Shown here in pieces: positions 7,290 to 16,919 of a stretch of 23,293 nt of DNA. Position 1 is the stretch's first letter. The number at the start of each line of letters is the position of its first letter. The translations under genes were made by a program, and so were the position numbers. Below the pieces are notes generated by a model that was not told the origin of the DNA, did not search any database, and was given only the letters and a program-made list of their open reading frames with translations. Source of the stretch: Nitrospinota bacterium (GTDB lineage Bacteria > UBA8248); contig JASLZZ010000100.1 of the NCBI GenBank assembly GCA_030754595.1, positions 1-23,293 on the forward strand, given 5' to 3'.

Positions 7290-9254
7290 ATGGAAAATCG
7301 TTGGGATGATCGGGAGGCGTCGGCTTGCGAGGGAGAACTGGCTCTCAGGGTCTACGCATCGCGTCTTCTTGGCCGGGATTTCTCGCTTGTGCTCCACGGC
7401 GGCGGAAATTCTTCGGTGAAGATCACCGAGCGAAACCTTCATGGCGAGGAGGAGGAGATTCTCTACGTCAAAGGGAGCGGGCAGGATTTGGCATTCATTG
7501 AAGAAAGCGGTTTCGCCCCCCTCCGACTAGAGGGTCTTCTGAGGTTAATGCGGCTGGACTCGGTTTCGGACACTGATTTGGTCAACGCATTCAGGCTCCA
7601 GTTGACCCGGCCCGACGCCCCGCCGCCTTCGATTGAGACTTTCTTGCATGCCTTGATTCCGCACCGGTTTGTCGATCATACCCATGCTGACGCTTTGCTT
7701 GCCATCATGAACACTGAGAACGGTGAGGCCCGGATTCGAGAAATTTATGGTGGCCGCCTTCTCATGGTTCCCTACGCCAAACCCGGATTCACTCTGGCCA
7801 AGGTATTTTTCGATCAATTCACAGCCGGGGCGAGGGAGAGCGTCGACGGCGTTGTTCTCATGAACCACGGAATTTTTTCATTTGGAGAGACGGCGAAAGC
7901 GTCCTACGAAAAAATGATCGAGCTTGTGGGCATGGCCGAGCGGTATTTGGAGGCAAAAGGGGCCTGGGCGCTCCCGGAGGGGGATGAGCCGGCGGCTCAG
8001 CCCTTGGCTCCCCGTCTCCCGGAACTTCGAAAAGCCGTATCGGATGCCGCCGGAATTCCCCTTATTGTATCCACGAGAAAGAGCCGGCTGGGAAGTGCGT
8101 TTGCCCGGCGGCGCGATGTATCGGAGGTTTCTCAGCTAGGGCCCACCACGCCGGACCATGTGCTTCTTACAAGGCGGCTTCCCATGCTAGGGCTCGACGC
8201 CGAATCCTACGCAGAGGCATATAAACGAGACTACGCCGCCTACGCGTCCTCCGGTCTGGAGGGGGGGGCGATGCTCGATCCTGCTCCCCGGGTCGTCCTC
8301 GATTCCGAAATCGGACTTTGCGCCGCGGGCAAAACGGCCCGAGAGGCCGATATGGCGGGGGAAATTTATGAGCACACCATCGAGGTCATCCTCCGCGCGA
8401 CGGCGCTAGGAGGCTACCGGACGCTCCAGGCGTCTGAAATTTTCGAGGTGGAGTATTGGGGGCTGGAGCGGGCAAAGTTGGATTGCGAAGAGAAGGTCTT
8501 CGCTGGAGAGATTGCGCTCGTGACGGGAGCGGCGTCCGGGATCGGGCGCGCCTGTTTGGAATCGTTTCTCGAGCGGGGCGCTGCCGTCATCGGCCTGGAC
8601 CTCAGCCCGTCCATCGTGTCCCTTTACGAGCGTCCGGACTATCTCGGGATCGAATGCGATGTCACGAGCGATGACGCGATTGCCGGGGTCATCGAGAAGG
8701 CTGCTCGCCGGTTCGGCGGGCTGGATATGATTGTTTTGAATGCCGGTATTTTCCCCGAGAGCCGCGATATCGCCCGTATTCCGGCAGCGGAGTGGCGTGC
8801 GGTCATGAATGTCAATTTAGATGCGAATCTGTCCTTGATGCGCGAATGCTATCCACTGCTCAAACTCTCGCCAAGGGGCGGCCGCGTCGTGGCCGTCGGC
8901 TCAAAGAATGTTCCGGCCCCGGGGCCAGGCGCGGCGGCCTATTCCGCCTCGAAGGCCGCTCTTACCCAATTGATGCGCGTGGCGGCGATGGAGTGGGGAG
9001 GGGACGGTATCCGGGTCAATATGGTCCATCCCAACGCGGTATTCGACACCGGGGTCTGGACGGAGGATGTGCTTAAATCGCGCGCCGAGAGCTATGGCTT
9101 GAGCGTGGATGACTACAAGAAACTGAACCTTCTTAATACCGATGTGGGGAGTTCCGATGTGGCGGAAATGGTGGCCGAGATGTGCGGGCCGTTATTTGCC
9201 AAAATCACCGGGGCCCAGGTTCCCATCGACGGCGGCAACGACCGCGTTATCTAA
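7290..9254 (+). CDS. Bifunctional class II aldolase / short-chain dehydrogenase (rhamnulose-1-phosphate aldolase/dehydrogenase-like fusion)
   Basis: ATG at 7290 (MENRWDD). N-domain: LVLHGGGNSSVK, VKGSG, PSIETFLH, DHTHAD, NHG. C-domain SDR: TGAASGIG, LDL, NAG, YSASK, DGG. Confidence 0.92.
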   Translation: MENRWDDREASACEGELALRVYASRLLGRDFSLVLHGGGNSSVKITERNLHGEEEEILYVKGSGQDLAFIEESGFAPLRLEGLLRLMRLDSVSDTDLVNAFRLQLTRPDAPPPSIETFLHALIPHRFVDHTHADALLAIMNTENGEARIREIYGGRLLMVPYAKPGFTLAKVFFDQFTAGARESVDGVVLMNHGIFSFGETAKASYEKMIELVGMAERYLEAKGAWALPEGDEPAAQPLAPRLPELRKAVSDAAGIPLIVSTRKSRLGSAFARRRDVSEVSQLGPTTPDHVLLTRRLPMLGLDAESYAEAYKRDYAAYASSGLEGGAMLDPAPRVVLDSEIGLCAAGKTAREADMAGEIYEHTIEVILRATALGGYRTLQASEIFEVEYWGLERAKLDCEEKVFAGEIALVTGAASGIGRACLESFLERGAAVIGLDLSPSIVSLYERPDYLGIECDVTSDDAIAGVIEKAARRFGGLDMIVLNAGIFPESRDIARIPAAEWRAVMNVNLDANLSLMRECYPLLKLSPRGGRVVAVGSKNVPAPGPGAAAYSASKAALTQLMRVAAMEWGGDGIRVNMVHPNAVFDTGVWTEDVLKSRAESYGLSVDDYKKLNLLNTDVGSSDVAEMVAEMCGPLFAKITGAQVPIDGGNDRVI

Positions 9255-9286
9255 GTTTACCGGTTTTAGTCCGCTCCCTCTCCCGT

Positions 9287-10177
9287 CTATACGCCGGTAA
9301 GCTCGCCTTTGAGCGTCTCGTATAGATCAAATGCCTTTTCCGGCGTTTCGTCGTCATGGACGACGGCCCGGACGGCCTGGATCATGGCGACCGGCGACTC
9401 CGATTGAAAAATATTTCGTCCCATGTCAACGCCTAGAGCCCCCTGATCGATAGCCTTGTAGGCCATGGCAAGGGCCTCCAGCTCCGGCAATTTTTTTCCG
9501 CCGGCGATGACGATGGGCACGGGACATCCGGCGGTCACCCGCTCGAATCCCGGCTCGACGTAGTAGGTCTTGATGTAGTGGGCGCCGATTTCGGCTGCAA
9601 TACGGGTAGCCAGACCGAAGTAGCGGGCGTCGCGCTGCATGTCTTTTCCGACTCCGGTCACCGCCAGTGTGGGTATTCCGTAGCGGGTTCCCGTATCGAT
9701 CAATTTGATCACGTTGGCGATGGATTTGTGTTCATATTCTGAGCCGATATACACCTGAGCCGCCATGGCCGCGGCATTGAGGCGAATGGCGTCCTCGATA
9801 TCAACACCAACGAGTTCGTTCGAAAGCTCGGTGTAAATACTCTGGCCCGCGCTGCACCGAAGGACGACGGGTTTGTTCGACTCCGGGGGGACACAGCTAC
9901 GAAGAGCACCACGGGTGCACATCAGCACGTCGGCATGGGGAATGAGGGGATTGATGTTGAGGTCGATCCGCTCGATACCCGTGGTGGGACCCTGAAAATA
10001 TCCATGGTCGAACGCCAGCATTACCGTGCGGCCGGTTTCGGGACTAAAAATCCGGGACAGGCGGTTTTGCATCCCCCAGTCGAGTGCCCCCGACCCCTTG
10101 AGGAAGAACGTCCGGTTCCTTTGGGGAATTCTAATTCCAAAATCTTTGCCATCTTTTAAGTCGTCGATATCCGCCAT
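9287..10177 (-). CDS. lsrF: 3-hydroxy-5-phosphonooxypentane-2,4-dione thiolase (class I aldolase fold)
   Basis: Closely resembles E. coli LsrF as I recall it along its whole length: [46 protein letters not shown] (catalytic Lys), [30 protein letters not shown]. Confidence 0.95.
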   Translation of the reverse strand: MADIDDLKDGKDFGIRIPQRNRTFFLKGSGALDWGMQNRLSRIFSPETGRTVMLAFDHGYFQGPTTGIERIDLNINPLIPHADVLMCTRGALRSCVPPESNKPVVLRCSAGQSIYTELSNELVGVDIEDAIRLNAAAMAAQVYIGSEYEHKSIANVIKLIDTGTRYGIPTLAVTGVGKDMQRDARYFGLATRIAAEIGAHYIKTYYVEPGFERVTAGCPVPIVIAGGKKLPELEALAMAYKAIDQGALGVDMGRNIFQSESPVAMIQAVRAVVHDDETPEKAFDLYETLKGELTGV

Positions 10178-10375
10178 ATCTCATCTCCGTGAATAATTAG
10201 ATGGAGCCGGACGGCGTGGCCGCCCCATGCAGCAATTTATACCGTTGGCCGATTCGCTATCAATAAAATCGCCGGTCGATCACACCAATTCATTATAAGG
10301 GTGGTGCGAGAAATTGCAAAAAAGGATGCAACGAGGGAGGCGCCTGGCCGGACATCAGGTTTTGTCGGCCAGGCC

Positions 10376-11572
10376 TCAGGCCTTGACGGAGGGTTGATTA
10401 TTCCACTTCTGTGCCTTTTGCAGCATCGAGGATGCCTCCTCGATGCCGGGTTTGACGGAAAGCGCTTTTTTAAGGAGGGCAATCACCTTGTCCCATTGTT
10501 TTTGAAGGACATAAATCAAGGATTTGCTGTAGTAATTAATGGCGTCCTGGGGGAAATATGAGATTGCTTTGTCGAAGGCGGTGGACGCTATCTCGAAATT
10601 TTTGTTTCGAAGGGCGAGAGTTCCGAATTGGCTGAATGATGGCCGGTCTTCCGGCATTACTTTAGCCTGGAGGATGCGCTCGTATGTTTCGTTGGCTTCC
10701 TCGGATCTGCCCATCAGTTGGCAGGCCTCGCCGAGTCCGATGAGAGCGAGGATGCTGCTTCATTGAGAGATAGGGCCGCTTCGAATTCGACTTTTGCTCC
10801 GTCGTGCTATTTTTTTTTCGATGTATTTTTTGCCCCGTTCGATAAAAGTCTCCTCCCGGACATCAAAACGGGTGCGGGCGTTCGGATCGATTCTTTCGGC
10901 CTGGGCAAGAACGCGATTGGCATAGGAGGGATTTCCCCCGGAGAGATACACCTCGGCGAGGCCGCAAAAAAGCTCGATCAGGCCCGTCTTGAATGCCGTT
11001 TCGGCCGCTTCGTAGTCTCCTAGCAGACGAATGTTTTTTGCGAATTCGGTTGCTTGAACCATTGGTTTCATGGCTTCGTGGGCACGTTCTCTCTCGTCGT
11101 CGAAAGAAACGACATATTTGTTGAGCACAATATCAAAAAGTCTTCTGAAATGAATTTCTTCAATCGGTTTTTGAAGAAATCCGGTGGTCCCGATGGACGA
11201 GGTCCTCTGAAAGAGGGTTTTTCCCATTCCCTCCCATGAGAAGATAATAGAAGTGTCGGTGTTTAATCCGTCGGCGCGAAGCGCCTCAATGATGTTAATT
11301 CCGTCCACGTTGGACAAAGGTTGCCCCACAAAATAAGGCCGTACTTTTTTTCTCGTCCGTAGGTGATGGCCTTGTATCCGTTTCCTGTAATGGTCAAATT
11401 CTTGAGTCGAAAATATGCGAACATCACCTTGAATTTTGGCAAGTGAAGAGGCGACCTTTCCGCGATCAGTATGGGTATGGTGGGGTCTATTTGCTCGTAG
11501 GTATCCAGCCCTCTTTTGGGGGTAGTGGAGGGTGCCTTCCCGTGAGTCCGGGAGGTTTCCTACTTTTTTTAT
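10376..11572 (-). pseudogene. Multiply frameshifted atypical receiver domain + TPR protein
   Basis: Stitched frames give PILIAERSP...KYGLI/FVGQPLSNVDGINIIEALR...GFLQKPI (receiver), then TPR helices ...AKVEFEAALSLNE/SSILALIGLGEACQLMGRSEEA...WDKVIALLKKALSVKP. Shifts lie near 11330, 10815 and 10758. The 5' end is uncertain (AGGAGG then ATA at 11572). Confidence 0.7.
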
Positions 11573-11875
11573 TGTGGGGCCTCCTGGTCGGTGCCATCTG
11601 ATTTTGACAACGTGCTCTTGAATGTACTCAAAATAAATCTCTTTCGTGCGTAAGTAAAGGCCGTTGGGTTGTAATGGGATTTTTGAAAACAGCCCCTGTA
11701 AAATTATTATAAAATTACCCATTACTGGTGAAAGTGAGAGATACTCACTCGACAATTTTATATAGGGAATGAGATTTTGAATTGGTAGTGTCATTTGTCA
11801 TGTTTTTGTTAAAACTTTGTTAGATTCTGTTGGTTGATTGGTTAATAATTAAAAAGATGCGGGGCGCGTCAGAAT

Positions 11876-12106
11876 TTGAAAGAAGAACTCTATCTGGGGT
11901 TTGGCGATGTGGATCTCCTCGCGTTGGATATTGTTATTATCGACATTAGGGACGCACTTGATAAACTCGAAGCACCATATCATTGCAACATATCCCCAGG
12001 CACCCGGCACGGCTTCTGTTTCGAGGAGCGGGCAGTATATAATCGCGAGGCGGCGGATGAGGTGTGGGGAAAAGCGTTTGATATTCTTGCCCGGCGCCTC
12101 TCGTAA
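11876..12106 (+). pseudogene. C-terminal fragment of a dienelactone hydrolase family protein
   Basis: ELYLGFGDVD...PGTRHGFCFEERAVYNREAADEVW carries the Asp and His of the triad. The N-terminal two-thirds, with the nucleophile motif, are absent. Confidence 0.75.
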
Positions 12107-12152
12107 CTTGTACAGCTAGTCTTCTTGTTTTTCTTTTTCCCGGACAATTGAT

Positions 12153-13025
12153 TTGCTTGAGAATATTCATCCAAATATCCTGGCCCTGATGGCCGCAACG
12201 TTTATTGCTGTGGCGCGGATGTTCTACCAAAGCGCTCTTACGCGTCTCCATCCTACGATAATTACATTCTTGGTGAATTCCATTTCCATCCCCTTCGCCG
12301 CGTTGTTTTACTGGATGGGCGGCGGGGTGGAGCGCTGGCCCGTTCAAGGACTCGTCTGGTTCGTCCTGGTCGGCCTCATCGGGTCATTGTTCGGGCGTTA
12401 TTTGAGTTTCGTCGCCCAGCGGATCGTGGGTGTCGCCAGGACTGCAATCGTCATGCAATCGGTTTTGATTTGGTCCATGGGTCTCGCCGTTATTTTTCTC
12501 GGAGAGCATCTCAGCCGATGGATAGCGGCCGGATCGTTTCTAATCCTGGTTGGCGGGATTCTTCTAGTCAGTGAGAAAGGTGAAGATCGAAAGAAGATTC
12601 CGCTCGTTTATTATCTTATTCCGCTCTTCACGGCTTTATGCTTTGCGCTGACTTTTCTCATCAGGAGGTACGGACTGGTCTGGATTCCTTCCTCGTCGCT
12701 GGGGATGAGCGTGAGCAATGTAACGGGCAGTATCGTTATGGCAGGCGGCTTGTGGCTTCGGAGCGGGAAGGGGACACGGTTTCAGAATTGGGGCAGTGTG
12801 CCAATTGTCTTGCTGGGAGGAATTCTGAATTCCGCAGCGGCGTTGTGTTTTTGGACAGCTATTCAGACGGGGAAGATTGTTCAGGTGGTCCCCATTAACC
12901 GACTGTCTGTACTTTTTGTGATATTGCTCTCCTGGCTTTTTATGCAGGCCGAGGAGGTCATTACCTGGCGGGTCGTGTTGGGAGGCGTGCTTTCGGTGGC
13001 CGGAGTTTTTGTGATTGTTCTCTGA
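12153..13025 (+). CDS. DMT/EamA family transporter
   Basis: 290 aa, about 10 hydrophobic segments in two repeats, with LAVIFLGEHL and GKIVQVVPINRLSVLFVILLSWLF. Confidence 0.88.
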   Translation: MLENIHPNILALMAATFIAVARMFYQSALTRLHPTIITFLVNSISIPFAALFYWMGGGVERWPVQGLVWFVLVGLIGSLFGRYLSFVAQRIVGVARTAIVMQSVLIWSMGLAVIFLGEHLSRWIAAGSFLILVGGILLVSEKGEDRKKIPLVYYLIPLFTALCFALTFLIRRYGLVWIPSSSLGMSVSNVTGSIVMAGGLWLRSGKGTRFQNWGSVPIVLLGGILNSAAALCFWTAIQTGKIVQVVPINRLSVLFVILLSWLFMQAEEVITWRVVLGGVLSVAGVFVIVL

Positions 13026-13048
13026 CCCAGTAGGTATGACGGGCAACT

Positions 13049-13771
13049 CTATTCCGGATTCTGAATCTTGTTGTACCGCCGCCGAACGGCGTTGATTACC
13101 GAGAGGTTGCTCGTCATGATCGGAATCTCCGGAAATCGGGTGCGAAGTTCCGGAAGAGCGCGGACGGCGGGCAAATTGGTGCAAGAAAGAAATAAACAGT
13201 CCGCCTCCTTGAGCGTTGTAGAATTCACAGTTTCATTGATGAATGAAATAATATTTATTGTTCCCTGCCTGCCGATTTCGAGGTTGTCGGTGATTCCCAT
13301 TCCGCCGATTGCGAGGATTTCGTAGCCACCCTCCCCGAGGCTGGAGCCGACCGCATCCGTTAAATTTTGAACATAGGGTGTAATTACAACCAGTTTCTTG
13401 GCTCCGAGGAGGGTAAGCTCCTCGGACAGTGCCGATAGGATGGATATGGCCTCGGAGCCAGTCTCCTTTTCAATTTGCCGCATAATTTTGCGGTCGTGTT
13501 CTTGCCCGAACAGCGCGCCTCCGGAGGTGCAGCCGAAAACGGTAAAATCCGGCTTGACGGTTGAAAGATCGAGATTGGCCCGATGGAGCCACTTTTCGAT
13601 CATCACCACCTCGGCCTCCTTCGTCGTTTCGGGAAGGAGCATCCGTGCAGTGGCGACTTCAACTTCCTCCGGCAGTTCCCGGTGAAAATCCATTTCCATT
13701 GTCAAGTTGGAGGAGGGAACGAGCAGGCCCACTCGAAGCGTATTACTATGAGAAGTCATCGGGTTCCCCAT
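13049..13771 (-). CDS. Maleate cis-trans isomerase / arylmalonate decarboxylase-like (Asp/Glu racemase superfamily)
   Basis: RVGLLVPSSNLTME, FGCTSG, ITPY, LSCTNL. Both catalytic Cys are present. Confidence 0.85.
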   Translation of the reverse strand: MGNPMTSHSNTLRVGLLVPSSNLTMEMDFHRELPEEVEVATARMLLPETTKEAEVVMIEKWLHRANLDLSTVKPDFTVFGCTSGGALFGQEHDRKIMRQIEKETGSEAISILSALSEELTLLGAKKLVVITPYVQNLTDAVGSSLGEGGYEILAIGGMGITDNLEIGRQGTINIISFINETVNSTTLKEADCLFLSCTNLPAVRALPELRTRFPEIPIMTSNLSVINAVRRRYNKIQNPE

Positions 13772-13987
13772 TCGGTATTAAGCATATAAATCATGGCCGC
13801 CGAAAATTTCGACTACGATTTTGCCGTTGCTCCGAAGGTAGTGACCTGAAATGCCGCGGATTCTTCTTTCCGGATCATCGAATGATCAATGAAAAGGATG
13901 TTTATTTTCCGCCAAACCTTTTTCTGAGTTTGGTTTTTTTTCGGCGGACAACCCTTTGAACAGGGACGATTTATTGAGCTTTTCCTT

Positions 13988-14660
13988 TTAAGATCGAGAC
14001 ATATTTTTTGCCCCGCTTATGCCACCGCCCTTAAGAAATACGGAAGCCTTGATTTTTTCCAAATCGCTTTTATTCAAACCCAGATCCTGAGCCTGATTCG
14101 AAATGTACATGAATGTCAGGTTCTCGATTAATTTTCCTGGGCCGTCTGCCAGGAAAAACGAGACCACAAAAGCGGTGACGATAGTAACCACGCTGATGGC
14201 GCCGAGTTGCCTTGCGGTGTGCCATTTGGGGGAATTCAGAACGGAATCTCTTCTTCGGTGCCTTCTTCTCTCCGGTTTTTTTCTGAGATTTTGCGTAGGA
14301 TTTGCCTTTGTTCGGATTTACGGTCTCGGCGGCCGCATGCGCCGGCTCAATCGGCTCTTTTTGATTTTCCTGGTAGTAGCGGCATTTTCCAAAGTTCGGG
14401 AGGCAAGCCTCGAGTTGAGTATCTCGATCAATCTTATGGTACCCACTGGTGATTGTTTTAAACCCTTTCCTCTTCTTTGAGGTTTGGCCTCGACATATGT
14501 TCCGGGAGGAGGGGTGATTGTAGGGAAGGTCTCGGTCCAGTGCCCTTAAATAGGGACAGTGTTGGCCACCGGATATGGATTTGTTCCTTGAGCTTCCAAG
14601 GGATATTCCGCCTGATTTAAGGCGCCGCTTATTGAAGCCTCGATGGCTTTCTTGGGCCAT
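13988..14660 (-). pseudogene. Hypothetical Cys-rich single-pass membrane protein, split by one frameshift
   Basis: ORF 14070-14660 (CPYL..PSSRNIC..CL..CRYY, then a Lys-rich linker) joins the frame of ORF 13988-14191 (KWHTARQLGAISVVTIVTAFVVSFFLA, TM helix) if one base of the G5 run at 14228-14232 is removed. Confidence 0.55.
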
Positions 14661-14767
14661 TTTTCGTCTCTAATCGTTTATTGAAGAAATAAAAATAATA
14701 AAAAGCTCAAGAGCCGCTGGCTAAGCGAATTATACCAGATTTTTTATCCTGCTCCCCTAAGCTTTTT

Positions 14768-16117
14768 CTAGGGTTCCGCGATCTCCGGATTCCACCCCAG
14801 TTCGGCCTCGCACCACCCCGCCGCGGCCAGTAGATCGGTGTCTTCCCATCGTCTTCCGACGAATTGGATTCCGAAGGGGGTATGATTATCCCCCCGGCCC
14901 AGCGGAAGGGTCACGGCGGGGAGGCCTGTCTGGGTGGCCGGTTCGTTGAAGAAGGCGCTCCCGGTAGACTCTTCGGCCAGAGCAGGAGGCTCCTGAAATG
15001 AGGGGAGGATAAGAATATCGCAACCGCCCATCATTTCGTCCAAATCCGCTCTAAGGCGGCCTCGCCGGCGAAGACCTCGTGCGTACTCCATCGCGTCCGT
15101 CTTAAGGCCATTTTCCACCAGGGCTCGGATCACTGGGCGGTATTTCTCCGCATGTTCCGAGAACATTTTTTCATGAAAGGCCGCCCCCTCTACGGCCATT
15201 ATCATGCGGTGGATGTCGTGGAGTTCTTGAAAATCAAGGGGAAATTCGATGTCCTCCACATCGACGCCGTTTTCGGATAGCCGATTCACCCCCCGCTCTA
15301 TCCATTCGCACACCTCTGCCGGCGCGTATTTTCGGACTCCCTCTCTCGGATAGTGTGCCTTCTGGGGTTTTGAGGGGGCGAAAATTTCGAAATCGGGAAA
15401 CTCGAACCATCGGGTGCTCTCATCCGCCGGATCCGCCCCGGCTAAATGCGGGAGAAGGAGCGCTGCGTCCCTCGCCGAGCGCGTTATTGTTCCGATATGG
15501 TCGAGGGACCAGGAAACCTCCACTACCCCTGTCCGCGATACGAGGCCGTAGGTGGGCTTGAAGCCGATAACGCCGCAGTAGGCCGAAGGCCGAAGGATGG
15601 AACCGCCCGTCTGAGAACCAAGGGCGGCGGGCGCCATACCGGTTGCGACCGAAGCAGCTGATCCACTGCTCGACCCGCCGGGGCTATGCGCAAGATTCCA
15701 TGGGTTTCGCGTCTCGGAGGGGTCCCCGGTCGCAAACTGGGTTGTTATGGTTTTACCCATAATAATCGCGCCGGCTTCCCTGAGTTTCGAAATAAAATAT
15801 GCGTCCTCGTCGGGGACATTTCCCCTCAATATCGGCGAGTTCGCCTCGCAGGGAAGCCCCTTGACGTTGATAATGTCCTTGATCCCGATCGGCGCGCCGG
15901 ACAAGGGGCTTTGCTTTTTACCGCGTGAGCGGCCGGAATCAATTTTTTGGGCCGTGGAGAGCGCTCCCTCTCTGTCTTGTGCGGCCCAGGCATGAACCTT
16001 GTCCTCGCAAGCGTCGACTCTTTCGAAAAGTGAACGGATCCAATCATTCGCCGTCAAATTTCCCTCGGAAATTTGGCCCAGTCCTTCGGAGAGGGACAGT
16101 TTCCATGGCTTGGTCAC
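14768..16117 (-). CDS. Amidase signature family enzyme
   Basis: GGAGG then GTG start. Catalytic motifs GIKDII, PGGSSSGSAA, GSQTGGSILRPSAYCGVIGFKPTYG. Confidence 0.93.
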   Translation of the reverse strand: MTKPWKLSLSEGLGQISEGNLTANDWIRSLFERVDACEDKVHAWAAQDREGALSTAQKIDSGRSRGKKQSPLSGAPIGIKDIINVKGLPCEANSPILRGNVPDEDAYFISKLREAGAIIMGKTITTQFATGDPSETRNPWNLAHSPGGSSSGSAASVATGMAPAALGSQTGGSILRPSAYCGVIGFKPTYGLVSRTGVVEVSWSLDHIGTITRSARDAALLLPHLAGADPADESTRWFEFPDFEIFAPSKPQKAHYPREGVRKYAPAEVCEWIERGVNRLSENGVDVEDIEFPLDFQELHDIHRMIMAVEGAAFHEKMFSEHAEKYRPVIRALVENGLKTDAMEYARGLRRRGRLRADLDEMMGGCDILILPSFQEPPALAEESTGSAFFNEPATQTGLPAVTLPLGRGDNHTPFGIQFVGRRWEDTDLLAAAGWCEAELGWNPEIAEP

Positions 16118-16233
16118 GATGTCCTCCGATCTTTTTTTTTATGAAAGTGAAATTGAACTGTCAGAATACTCCATTTCAGGTCCTTCCGGTAGAATGCCCG
16201 AATCATGAATTTTAGCTTTGGAGGACAAGAAAA

Positions 16234-16410
16234 ATGATAGTCGGAAGCGGGGGAGGGACTTGGCGAACGGTGGTGGCCCGTTTTGTGGTCGGCGAGAATT
16301 TACTCGAATCTATGACGCAATTGTGCCGGGATGAAGATATTCGGAACGGAATTATTCTGACGGGTTTTGGGAGCCTCTCCAGGGCGGTGGCCTCCGGCGC
16401 CTTTCCGTGC
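16234..16410 (+). pseudogene. N-terminal fragment of a PPC/DUF296 domain protein
   Basis: GGAGGA RBS. RTVVARFVVGENLLESMTQLCRDEDIRNGIILTGFGSL matches the DUF296 start. The ORF continues to 16554 without the HxH motif. Confidence 0.65.
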
Positions 16411-16919
16411 ACGAATGCGCGTGGGTTTTCAGAATTCTCCAAGTCGCGAAAAAATATAACCAAATTATTACAAAGGCTTTACGGTCCGATAAGCAAAGTT
16501 TTCGGTTTTCCGCCTATTGTTTTCCATGAGGGACGGACATATGGAGAAAGTTAAAGGACCTGAAATGATCCAACTATTCCAGGAAACAATGTGGAATATA
16601 TCCACAACTTCCCGCGGGTGCGGGAAGTGCGAAATGCGTTTCCGCATGCCGGCCGCCAGCCTTGGAATTCTTGCGCATCTCTGCTCAAGGTCGAATCTCC
16701 CCTGTTAACTTCACACATCTGCACGTAACGGCCGGCAGCGGAACGCATCTTCCCCGGAGTCTTGAAGATGCGCGCCCTGTTCGATTCGCTTGAGCCATCT
16801 TGTAATTCCCGGCCGAATTAAAAGTACTGAAACGCTTCATTCACATCTTAATCCGCGTTATGATCACCCTTAAAATTGCTATTGAGTTACGGATCTCACG
16901 GAGTTCTCGGGGCTGGTGG

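Noticed and set aside
9287..10177. Complete AI-2 (Lsr) quorum-sensing locus
   Set aside because: No lsrK, lsrG, lsrR or ABC transporter genes are in the window.
14768..16117. gatA
   Set aside because: No gatB or gatC is adjacent, and only generic amidase-signature motifs are visible.
16590..16606. DnaA boxes / replication origin
   Set aside because: Only two mismatched boxes, with no oriC gene context.
16600..16800. SRP RNA, 6S RNA or Moco riboswitch
   Set aside because: I could not find the conserved SRP loop (CAGG...GGAAGGAAGCAG) or Moco motif blocks, and the stem is too short for 6S.
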